Assembly: GCA_964016885.1 (NCBI GenBank)
Contig: OZ024765.1
Span: forward strand, 4,526,001 to 4,590,000
From: Eledone cirrhosa
Taxonomy: Eukaryota
Length of the DNA: 64,000 nt
Reading direction: 5' to 3'
The position numbers were made by a program, and so were the translations under genes. Positions 27,202 through 41,154 of the stretch are shown here, in pieces. Position 1 is the first letter of the stretch; each line of letters opens with the position of its first letter. A model generated the notes under the pieces. The model saw only the letters and a program-made list of their open reading frames with translations, was not told the DNA's origin and did not search any database.

Positions 27202-27667
27202 GGTGTGTGTACATATGTATATATGTATGTATCTACACACATTTAAAACTTAAACACACACACGTGTGTACCATTATACAGACATAACCTAATGGTAGAT
27301 ATTTTCAATCAGACAGAAGTTAAGGTTTTCAGTAAAGATTTAATATTTTTCTTCATACTCAGAAACAAATGAAGAATTTTACACTTCAAAAATTCCAAAA
27401 TCTATTTGAAACTGTTAATGCAATGTCAAAATTGTTAAATTGTGGTGAAATAGAATTAATAATAAAAAAAAAAAATAGATAGAAATAAAGAAAGAAACAA
27501 AATAAATAAATAATCGTTATTGAAATTCAATTTAGTTTCCCCAATACAGGAAATAATTTAAAAGACTTGACCATTCTGGGAGATTTATTCTCTTAAATAG
27601 ACATCCTGGAGATCGTAGCAAAATTGGTTCTTTTGAAAAGATATCTAAAGATATAAATTTCTTTATT

Positions 27668-28050
27668 AGCATCATCATCATCATCATCACCTCATTTTTC
27701 TCATTTATCATCATTATCATCAACACTATCATTATTGCTACCATGATGATGATGATCATCATCACATCATCATCATCATCATCACCATCATCACCACCAC
27801 TACCATCACCATCATCACCACTACCATCACCATCACTACCATCACCACCACCACTACCATCATCACCATTACCATCACCATCACTACCATCATCACCACC
27901 ACTACCATCACCACTACCATCACCATCACCACTACCGTCACCACCACCACTACCGTCACCATCACCACTACCGTCACCACCACCACTACCATCATCATCA
28001 CCACCACTACCACCATCGTCACCACCTCTACCATCATCATCACCACCACC
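27668..28050. repeat. (CAT/CAC/CTA)n trinucleotide low-complexity tract
   Basis: Direct reading. Confidence 0.9.
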
Positions 28051-28599
28051 ACGACTGGGGCCACAAAAATGTATTTTTTTGCGGCCCCAGTCTTGTTTCT
28101 TTTCTAACACATCTCGTATATATAATGTTGAACAATGAAACCAATAAGACAAGTTTAATTAGTTAATTAATCATATTGTTTTACGATCGTTTCAAGGACT
28201 CCCCACCCCACAAGAAGATATTGATGTGTTGATTAATTATTCTCTATGCATTTATCCAGAAAAACAAATTTTAATTAGCTTTGATGGTAATGTTCACATA
28301 AACACCACATCAAGTTCTTATATGGTTATACGTCTTGCCTTAATTGGGTAGAAAATTAATAAGTATAATACAACTGTAGTTGAAAATCAATAAGTTTTAG
28401 TTGTTGTTGTAAACTTAATGTATTTTAAGTCTTTCTTCCCCATCTATTTGATAATTGAAGCATTAACACCTGGTAATTAATTTATAATCGGTTTAAATTC
28501 AAATTCTGTCTGATGGGAAATCAAGATTTATTGCAGCAAATGTCATCAAAATATATAATCAATCAGGTAATACAGGATAATTTTGTCTACCTAGAAAAC

Positions 28600-28815
28600 T
28601 AAGAAGAGGGGTTGGCTATTGATATTGACAGTTACAAGGTCAAAGAAGCAATTTCAGTGAGATGAAGAATGGTAAAGTTGCTGGAGCATCAGAGATAGTG
28701 ACTGAGATGATAAAATTGTCTGAGGATGTAGTAGTCGAGAGAGTCATCCATATAGTCAAATTGGTTTAATACATGATGGTGTCACACCTAACTGCTGCTG
28801 CAGCATAATCATTAA
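28600..28815 (+). pseudogene. Decayed RTE reverse-transcriptase N-terminal fragment
   Basis: VKEAIS/EMKNGKVAGASEIVTEMIKLSEDVVVE resembles RTE 'MKxGKAxGxxxIxxEMLK'. Confidence 0.7.
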
Positions 28816-28819
28816 TTAT

Positions 28820-29016
28820 TAGGGTGGTGGATTGGCAGTATCGGTAGAGGGTCAGACGCCATGCTTTGCAGTAAAGCGTTACGGCCCTTTACTTTATGGT
28901 CTGAGTTCAAATCCCGCCGAGTTTAACTTTGCCTTTCATCCTTACGGGGTCGATAAAATAAAGTACCAGTAATACACTGGTATAATTGCTGGCCTTGTGC
29001 CAAATGTAGAAACAAT
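28820..29016 (+). mobile_element. SINE family A, full length
   Basis: Matches 17284-17472. Confidence 0.9.
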
Positions 29017-29032
29017 TAATTATAGGGGAAAA

Positions 29033-29703
29033 TCTGCCAGGAGTTGTGACTGACAGATAGTACCAGAATGAATAGACAAATGTAATGGAAACATTGTTTC
29101 CTTGGTCTGATCTGATGATCAGCTCCTTTCTTCTGCCAGGAGTTGTGACTGACAGATAGTATCAGTAATGGAAAGACCAATGGAAACATTGTTTCCTTGG
29201 TCTGATCTGATGATCAGCTCCTTTCTTCTGCCAGGAGTTGTGACTGACAGATAGTATCAGTAATGGAAAGACTAATGGAAACATTGTTTCCTTGGTCTGA
29301 TCTGATGATCAGCTCCTTTCTTCTGCCAGGAGTTGTGACTGACAGATAGTATCAGTAATGGAAAGACTAATGGAAACATTGTTTCCTTGGTCTGATCTGA
29401 TGATCAGCTCCTTTCTTCTGCCAGGAGTTGTGACTGACAGATAGTATCAGTAATGGAAAGACCAATGGAAACATTCTTTCCTTGGTCTGCCAATGGAAAC
29501 ATTGTTTCCTTGGTCTGATCTGATGATCAGCTCCTTTCTTCTGCCAGGAGTTGTAACTGACAGATAGTATCAGTAATGGAAAGACCAATGGAAACATTGT
29601 TACCTTGGTCTGACCTGATGATCAGCTCCTTTCTTCTGCCAGGAGTTGTGACTGACAGATAGTATCAGTAATGGAAAGACCAATGGAAACATTGTTTCCT
29701 TGG
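29033..29703. repeat. 95-bp hairpin-rich minisatellite, ~6.5 copies
   Basis: TGGAAACATTG at 29086, 29181, 29276...; internal hairpins. Confidence 0.95.
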
Positions 29704-29945
29704 TTTTCACTTCAATTTATTATTAATTTCTGGTTGGCTGGTTGGTTGGTTCGATAACCAGAAGGTTGTTTATATATTGTCAAAGCTCTTTTGTCACACA
29801 TTCTGTGACCTTCTCAGTGACTAGGTTTTTATTTTATGTGCCTTTCCTTTGTTCTGTCCAGAAATTTATAATAGATTGAAGTGAAAACCAACAGGTGCGT
29901 GTGGTTTTTATTGGCAACATGACCCTCCCAAAGTATAACAATATC
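29701..29945. mobile_element. Inverted-repeat (MITE-like) element, left TIR truncated
   Basis: TGGTTTTCACTTCAATTTATTATTAATTTCTGG versus CCAGAAATTTATAATAGATTGAAGTGAAAACCA; terminus ATGACCCTCCCAAAGTATAACAATA also at 40883 (reverse complement) and 51961. Confidence 0.6.
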
Positions 29946-30044
29946 TGTTTCAACACATGTTTTCAGATAAGAAATCTCACAAAACAAATTCAAAAATGGA
30001 TTTTATATATATATTTGTTCAGTAAGAATCTTGATTTGAAATTG

Positions 30045-30162
30045 TGTGCTATATGGTGCCTGTGTTCAACTGGCAAAATTACCATCCCCAAATATAACAA
30101 TATATATTGTTATATTTGCGGATGGTAATTTTGCCAATTGAACACAGGCACCATATAGCACA
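30045..30162. repeat. 118-bp near-perfect palindrome with no spacer
   Basis: 59-bp arms, two mismatches, centred on ATATAT. Confidence 0.95.
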
Positions 30163-30190
30163 GGCACAATATATATATATATATATATAT

Positions 30191-30862
30191 ACGCTCACAA
30201 TAATTTCTATACTTTCATTTATATTTATACTCGGAATTTTTTCCTAGAGTGCTTTAAATTATTTGTGACTAATCCCGGCCTTTTTTCTAAAAAAAAACTG
30301 CGATAATATTGCTATTTTGCTGAACTCCTTACACTTTGTTGAGTTTTTTTGGAATGTGTTTTTGACTGTTGTTTCTTGGAAACAGACATTCTTCTCATTC
30401 TGACGTCACCAGCCATGTCCTCTCCATGTGCATTTATTTTTCATAATTACGCACGAGGTGAACTAGCCTGTCTTTAAATTCCCTTTTTGGCATATTCTAG
30501 CAGTGGCGTTAGGGTTATTGTGTTTGAGCTCTACTGATGAACGGTTCCAACTGTGACCATCCCCACTGAAAGTTTCGCGAAATAGTCTTTTTAGACTATA
30601 TAGAGCATTTGTAGTTTTTCCAAATTGAAGGATGAGTATTTAAACTTTATTTTATTCAGAGTTCAAAGCTCTATTGATTTTTCCCTGGATTTCACAAAAT
30701 CTGTGGATAAATCTATGTCTTGATTTTTTTTTTTTTTTTTAATTGAGTTTGAATTATTTTCCCACATCTTACGTTAATTATTTTTCCATTTTGACGTTAT
30801 AGTCACTTATATATTATGGAATACTGTTGGCTTCACGCTCACAATAATTTCTATACTTTTCG
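30191..30862 (+). mobile_element. Non-coding hammerhead-bearing unit (Penelope pLTR-like or retrozyme-like), 644-bp period with terminal direct repeat
   Basis: ACGCTCACAATAATTTCTATACTTT at 30191 and 30835; flanked by (TA)n; contains a hammerhead motif. Confidence 0.65.
30528..30606 (+). ncRNA. Type I hammerhead ribozyme motif, stem II impaired
   Basis: GCTCTA-CTGATGA-[38 nt]-GAAA-TAGTCT-tttt-AGACTA-TA-TAGAGC; stems I and III are 6 bp each. Confidence 0.75.
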
Positions 30863-30864
30863 TT

Positions 30865-30970
<106 letters not shown>

Positions 30971-31571
30971 TATATATATATATATAAATAAATATATATA
31001 TATATATATATATATATTCAACCCATGGTAACCAGACATAAAAAAACATAAAAAAGATGATGATGGTGAATTCTAATCAATAACCAGTTACTTGTTGAAC
31101 AAGGCAGAAGTCAATATTTGGAGAAATATTGATTGATTTTTTTTTTCTTTTTTTTTCCCGATTTTTTTTTTTTCTTTGCCACTCTATTAAAAGTTTGCTT
31201 CTGGTTTAATTGCAACTCGTTAGCAAACAGGAGGTTGTTTGTTTTATCACACGAAACACTGCTAAGCTAATTTTCTGAATGGCTGGAAAATAAAAGGACG
31301 GATAGACGGACAGGGGGTAGCAAGGAGAGGTGTGGGGAGATTGGAGGGATGTGGGGAGGGATGGTGGAGGGGAGGACGAAGTGTGGAAGCATGCTGAATG
31401 GATAGCAAAGAGATGGTGTAAGGTTAGGTGGTGGTAGATTTGAAGTGTTAGTTGTAACAGTAACATTAAATATGGTGAGAGTTTGGTAGTTACACAGTAG
31501 TGGTTACAGTGAGGGGTTGGGGGGGATTAAATGGAAACAGTCTAGGGGATTTAGGGACTCTTCAAGTCTTG

Positions 31572-32090
31572 CTCAGCATGTGACAACTTCACCAGTGCTT
31601 GTATCATGATAAAATACACCCAGTACACTCTCTAAAGTGATAGTGCTGGTACCATGATAACATACACCCAGTACACTCTGTACAGTGGTAGTGCTGGTTC
31701 TATGATAAAATACACCCAGTACACTCTGTACAGTGGTAGTGCTGGTTCTATGATAAAATACAACCAGTACACTCTGTACAGTGGTAGTGCTGGTACCATG
31801 ATAACATACACCCAGTACACCCTGCACAGTGGTAGTGCTGGTTCTATGATAACATACACCCAGTACACTCTGTACAGTGGTAGTGCTGGTTCTATGATAA
31901 AATACACCCAGTACACTCTGTAAAATGTTAATATTGGTGCCAAGATAAAATGCACCCAGTACACTCTGTAAACATGCTTAGTAAATAGACAAGATAGAGA
32001 TTTTAAGGACTTTTCAGTCTTTCACAGCATATGACAACCTCATTACTGTTGATACCATGATAAAATACACCCAGTACACTCTGTAAATTT
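31572..32090 (+). repeat. ~48-bp minisatellite (~8 copies) from a SINE-B-like segment
   Basis: GTGCTGGTACCATGATAAAATACACCCAGTACACTCTGTACAGTGGTA resembles the SINE-B unit GGTGCCA...AAAAGCACCCAGCAC.CACTGTAAAGTGG. Confidence 0.8.
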
Positions 32091-32169
32091 ATTCTAGTCA
32101 TACTTTTTACCTCTTTGTCTCTGTTTTGTTGAATGATCCTGTTCATCCTTTATTATAATGTCTTACATG

Positions 32170-32290
32170 CATTCTGAGTTCAAATCTCGCCGTTTTTAAC
32201 TTTGCCTTTCATCCTTACGGGTCAATAAAATAAAGTACCAGTAATGTACTGGGTATTTGCTGGCCTTGTGCCTAAAGTAGAAACAATTAT
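32170..32290 (+). mobile_element. SINE family A, 5'-truncated
   Basis: B box through 3' end. Confidence 0.8.
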
Positions 32291-32424
32291 ATTGTCTTAC
32301 ATACATCTTGCCAACAGAGCAGCTCTCTAATCGGTTTCACAAACTGACATTTCATTTAAAATACCACCTTAATGCACAAAATTGCATGCCAGTAAGGTGG
32401 TTGGTGAGGTAGAAGGCAATATAT

Positions 32425-34990
<2,566 letters not shown>

Positions 34991-35164
34991 AAAGATCATT
35001 GCGACCCTTAATCTAATGAGATATATAGTGGTAGAGTCGTGTGGTAAATGTCACATGAAATTTTACATATTCAGTGAAGCGCGGCAGAAAATTAATTTTA
35101 TTTTATTGATTATTTCACTGATTGCTTCTAGTTCAATGAAAAATATCCAGATATCAGCTTTCAA

Positions 35165-35785
35165 TATATACTACTGTATGTTATATATAATATATCAGCT
35201 GAGATATGGAGTGGAATGGGCCTCAGTCTGTGGCAACGAGGAGTGGTCTATATACACTGCTGTATGTTATATATAATATATCAGCTGAGATATGGAGTGG
35301 AATGGGCCTCAGTCTGTGGCAACGAGGAGTGTACTATATACTGCTGTATGTTATATATAATATATCAACTGAGATATGGGGTAGAATGGGCCTCAGTCTG
35401 TGGCAACGAGGAGTGGTCTATATATACTGCTGTATGTTATATATAATATATCAGCTGAGATATGGGGTAGAGTGGGCCTCAGTCTGTGGCAACGAGGAGT
35501 GTCTATATATACTGCTGTATGTTATATATAATATATCAGCTGAGATATGGGGTGGAATGGGCCTCAGTCTGTGGCAACGAGGAGTGTCTATATATACTGC
35601 TGTATGTTATATATAATATATCAGCTGAGATATGGGGTGGAATGGGCCTCAGTCTGTGGCAACGAGGAGTGGTCTATATATACTGCTGTATGTTATATAT
35701 AATATATCAGCTGAGATATGGGGTAGAGTGGGCCTCAGTCTGTGGCGACGAGGAGTGTACTATATACACTACTGTATGTTATATA
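35165..35785. repeat. 84-86-bp minisatellite, ~7 copies
   Basis: CAGCTGAGATATGG.GTGGAATGGGCCTCAGTCTGTGGCAACGAGGAGTG. Confidence 0.95.
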
Positions 35786-36510
35786 CCATAATTTTCGAAA
35801 TATAGGACGCGCTTTTTTTTCTAAAATTTGCCCCTCAAAATCATTGTTCCCCTTATAAGGCAAAGGTTAAGTTTGAGGTAATTACCGTATGTAAACATTT
35901 TATTATTAAAATATGGCCTCTGCAGCATGGAGTTATGGCCCTTTATTATCTTGCCAAGGTTAACTTTGCCTTTCATCCTTTCGGGGTCGATAAAATAAAG
36001 TACCAGTAATGCACTGGGCCGATTTAATCGACTTTCCCCTTCCCCTAAATTGCTGGCCTTCTGCCTATATAAGAAACCATTATTGGATTGGCAGTATCGG
36101 TAGAGGGTCGGACGCCATGCTTTCCAGCATAGTTACATCTCTTTACGATCTGAGTTCAAATCCCGCCGAGGTTGGCTTTGCCTTTCATCCTTACGGGGTC
36201 GATAAAACAAAGTACCAGTAATGCACTGGGTAATTGCTGGCCTTGTGCCTAAAGTAGAAACCATTATTATAAATGGACTCAACTTGAGGAAGAACTGAAA
36301 ACCCGGGTTGTTGACAACACAGAAACTTTGAACTATGTGATATTGCAAATATGGACAAGGTGCCACTGACATTTGATGTTTCCTCGAACAGGACTGTGGA
36401 TGTTAAAGGTACCAAAACAGTAACTGTTAAAACGACTCGTCACATAAAAAGACACTACACTGTAATATTGATTTGTTGCACAGATAGCACGAAACTGCAG
36501 CCACTTCTAA
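35784..36510 (+). mobile_element. Decayed pogo-family transposon (left TIR plus DDE fragment) interrupted by SINEs
   Basis: TA-CCATAATTTTCGAAATATAGGACGC terminus; IANMDKVPLTFDV..NRTVDVKGTKTVTVKTT..HYTVILICCTDSTKLQPLLI at ~36340-36510, resembling the DDE_1 N-terminus. Confidence 0.8.
35955..36268 (+). mobile_element. Two tandem SINE family A copies
   Basis: Partial copy 35955-36080; near-full copy 36083-36268. Confidence 0.85.
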
Positions 36511-36615
36511 TAATTGTTTCTACTTTTGGCACAAGGCCAGCAATTATCCCAGTGCATTATTGGTACTTTATTTTCTCGACCCCGTAGGGATGAAAGGCAA
36601 AGTTAACCCTGGCGC
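36510..36615 (-). mobile_element. SINE family A, partial
   Basis: Reverse complement of the 3' half. Confidence 0.8.
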
Positions 36616-37985
36616 TATAACTCTGATTGCAAATGTTTCTTTGATCACAAATGTTTCTTAAGACTGATGCTATAAATCTCATCACAAATCTTTCTTAAGA
36701 CTGGTGCTATAAATCTGATCACAATTATAACTTAACCTGAATTCTCAGGGAGATTCAGCATGAGACTGTGTAGAACATGGCTGCTCTAAACTTGATTACA
36801 GTTACACCTTAGACTGGTGCTAAAACTTGCTAGCAATTGTAACTTAACGTGAATTCTCAGGGAGATTCAGCATAAAACAGTGTAAAACAAGACTGCTATA
36901 AAACTGACCATGATTACACCTCAAGACTGGTGCTATAAACGTGATCACAATTCTAACTTAAGACCTGTGCTATAAATATGACCACATATGTAACTTATTA
37001 CTTTAATATGATAAATCTGATCACAATTGTATTTTAAGACTTTCATACAATAAAACTGATAGCAATTGTATCTTAAGACTAGTACTATAAATTTTGTCAC
37101 AACTGTAACATAAGACTGGAAATCTTATGTCTTATGTTACAACTCTAACATAAGACATAAATCTAATCATAAATGTAACTTTAAGATTATGATGCTATTA
37201 ACTTGATAGCAATTGTATCTTAAGACAGGTGCTATACATTTGGTCACAATTGTAACTTAAGACTGATGTCATAAACTTGATCACAGTTGCACCTTAAGAC
37301 TGGTGCTATAAACTTGATCACAATTATAACTTAAAACCTGTGCTATAAACGTGATCATTACTACACCTTAAGACTGGTCATATAAACTGACAACAATTGT
37401 ATCTTAAGACTGGTGCTATAAACTTGATCACAATTATAACTCAATAGTTGTGCTATAAACCTGATCATTACTACACTTTATGACTGGTCCTATAAATCGA
37501 CAACAATTGTATCTTAAAACTGATGCTATAAACTTGATCACAAACACACCTTAAGACTTTGATGCGATAAACTTGAAAGCAATTGTATATAACAAATGGT
37601 GCCATAAATTTGATCACAATTGTAACTTAAGATCTATGCTATAAATCTGACCAGAGATGTAACAATACCTTAAGATTGGTGTTATAAACTAACCATGATT
37701 ACAAGTTAAGACTTTGTTGCTATAAATTTAGTCACAATTGTAACTTAAGATCTATGCTATAAATCTGACCAGAGATGTAACAATACCTTAAGATTGGTGT
37801 TATAAACTAACCATGATTACAAGTTAAGACTTTGTTGCTATAAATTTAGTCACAATTGTAACTTAAGATCTATGCTATAAATCTGACCAGAGATGTAACA
37901 ATACCTTAAGATTGGTGTTATAAACTAACCATGATTACAAGTTAAGACTTTGATGCTATAAATTTAGTCATATTTGTAACTTTAA
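36615..37985. repeat. Old ~36-40-bp satellite ending in a 118-bp higher-order repeat (3 copies)
   Basis: Monomer TGCTATAAACTTGATCACAATTGTAACTTAAGACTGG; AAGATCTATGC at ~37629, 37747 and 37865. Confidence 0.9.
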
Positions 37986-38148
37986 TGATGTAAATCTTCT
38001 CAGTTGGAACAGTGTCAATTTATTCAGTCTGTTCATACCAACAATTATTATAAGTAATTAAATGCCAATCTTGTAATTATGCATCAGCAGAGTTTATGAT
38101 ACTTCATTAAACCTCAGATGCCAATGTTCCTCGGGTAACTTTCACTAT

Positions 38149-38182
<34 letters not shown>

Positions 38183-38356
38183 GTTGAGAGAAATATATGT
38201 ATATATATATATTTATATTTATATATGTTCGTGTGTGTCTATATCATCATCATCATCACCGTTTTACATCCGTTCTTCCATGCTAGCATGGGTTATATAT
38301 ATATATATATATATATATACATAAATTTGTAAATATATAATTATATATATATATAT

Positions 38357-38389
<33 letters not shown>

Positions 38390-38404
38390 AATTTGTAAAT
38401 ATCT

Positions 38405-38435
<31 letters not shown>

Positions 38436-39271
38436 TATATATATATATAAATTTGTAAATATATATATATAAATTTGTAAATATATAATTATATATATAT
38501 ATACACACATATATATATATATATATAAATTTGTAAATATATAATTATATATATATATACACACACATATATATATATATATATATAAATTTGTAAATAT
38601 ATAATTATATATATATATACACACACACATATATATATATATATATAAATTTGTAAATATATAATTATATATATATATATACACACACATATATATATAT
38701 ATATAAATTTGTAAATATATAATTATATATATATATACACAAACATATATATAAATTTGTAAATATATAATTACATATATATATATATATATATATACAT
38801 ACATACATATATATATATACATTTATATATACATAGATATATAGATATAGATATTTAGAATCACAATGAGCAACTATATAACTAGAAGCCGATGACCTTT
38901 TTTTGAGAGAAGGTCAACATTTGAGCTGAAATCAATTAAATGGCATTTAAAGCATCTACAGCCCTCATAGAGTAAAGCTAATTGGTTGGAAATTATTACA
39001 AGGGCATGTTACCAAGATATTTCAAATAAATCGATCTCTAATTTCCATATTTCCCAAATATATTGCTATCCAATTAAGGCAGTTAATAGCGTTCGTTATT
39101 TAATTTGTTTAATTAAATCTGGGTTTTCATTAGTGAGACATAAAATGCTCTATAATGCCTCGTTTAGCTATTCTATCTTTGTGGTAATAGTTTTTTTTAA
39201 TCCTTTTTCAGTTGAACTAGCTACATGTTAATATACTAATCCCTTTTTATCCCTTTATATTTGTTGTGATT

Positions 39272-39302
<31 letters not shown>

Positions 39303-39559
39303 GGCACACACACATATATATATATGTATATATATATATATTATACATGTATGTATAATTACATATTACATATAATTACATACATATTACATATGTATGT
39401 ATGTATATATATATATATATATATATACGGGCACACACATAGATATATATACAGACACACACATATATATAATATATACACACATACTACACACAGACAC
39501 ACAAATATATATATCATCAAATATACACACATATATATATATCATCATCATTATCATCA

Positions 39560-39833
<274 letters not shown>

Positions 39834-40382
39834 ACATATATATATATATACACACACAGGCATATATATATATAAATACATATATATATGCACATACACA
39901 CACACACATATATATATAAACACACACAGACAAACGCACACACACACATACAAATATATGCACACACTCACACATACATGCACACACTCACACATACACA
40001 CAAATATATGCACACACTCACACATATATGCACACACTCACACATACACACAAATATATGCACACACTCACACATACATGCACACACTAACACATACACA
40101 CACTCACACATACATGCACACACTCACACATACACATACATACACACATACACATGCAGATGCACCCCCACCCCCCATTCCGACATACATACAAACAAAA
40201 ACTAAAATAAAGTAAAATACTTTCTCTGTATTCTAAGCTGATAAAGGATGTTAAACAAAGACTTGTTTTAATTAGCAGGGATTAAAAACTTAGAAATTAA
40301 TAGCAGCCAAAAGCAAAAACAGAGAACAAAGAAATTATAGAAATATATATGATTATCTTTTCCTTTGTTGTTCTTACACAAG

Positions 40383-40470
40383 ATTTGTTGTGTTTAGTGA
40401 AACAGCTGCTGAGAGCTTATATAATATCAGGCATGGTGTTGATAAAATAAAGGAAAGGGTTATGTGGCCG
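40383..40470 (+). CDS. Candidate host exon (FVVFSETAAESLYNIRHGVDKIKERVMWP), product unknown
   Basis: Long pyrimidine tract then ag|, donor CCG|gtaaga, open protein-like frame. Confidence 0.45.
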
Positions 40471-40655
40471 GTAAGAGCCCGAGTTAAGACAATTGAGGCT
40501 ATGTAGCCAGTAAAAGTGTCAGAAGACAATTGAGGCTGTGTAGCTATTAAGAGTGTCAATAGACAATTGAGGCTATGTAGCCAGTAAGAGTGTCAGAAGA
40601 CAATTGAGGCTATCTAGCCGGTAAAAGTGTCAAAAGACAATTGAGGCTATGTAGC
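40460..40655. repeat. ~37-bp minisatellite, ~5 copies, overlapping the candidate donor site
   Basis: AGACAATTGAGGCTATGTAGCCAGTAA(A/G)AGTGTCAGA. Confidence 0.9.
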
Positions 40656-40760
40656 TTTACTGATATGTGATGTCAGGGAGTCTAGCCTGTAGTTTTTGGC
40701 CTCCGCTCTATTTCCTCCTTTATGGATAAGGCATATTGTGCCTTCTTTTAGCTCTCTGTA
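40652..40760 (-). pseudogene. CR1/L2-type LINE RT fragment
   Basis: KEGTICLIHKGGNRAEAKNYRLDSLTSHISK resembles 'PIHKGG...NYRPISLTS'. Confidence 0.8.
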
Positions 40761-40787
40761 TGTATGTATATATATATATATATGTAT

Positions 40788-40840
<53 letters not shown>

Positions 40841-41154
40841 GAGCTAAAAGAAGGCACAATATGCCCTATATATATATATATATTGTTATATTTGGGGAGG
40901 GTCATATTGTTATAATATTGCCAAAAATAATAATAAAACACACTCACTGTTTGATTTGAATTGGTTTTCGCTTCTGTATCTTTTATATCTCCATAATTAA
41001 TTTATCTGGCAATCAATGTTTATCATTGATTGACCAACGGTTAAAAATGCAGATATAAATATATATATATATATATATAGTCTATTTTTACAATGTGCTG
41101 TGTGTGTGTGTGTGTGTGTGTTTATGTTTCTCCAATGTGATATGTGTCTATATA

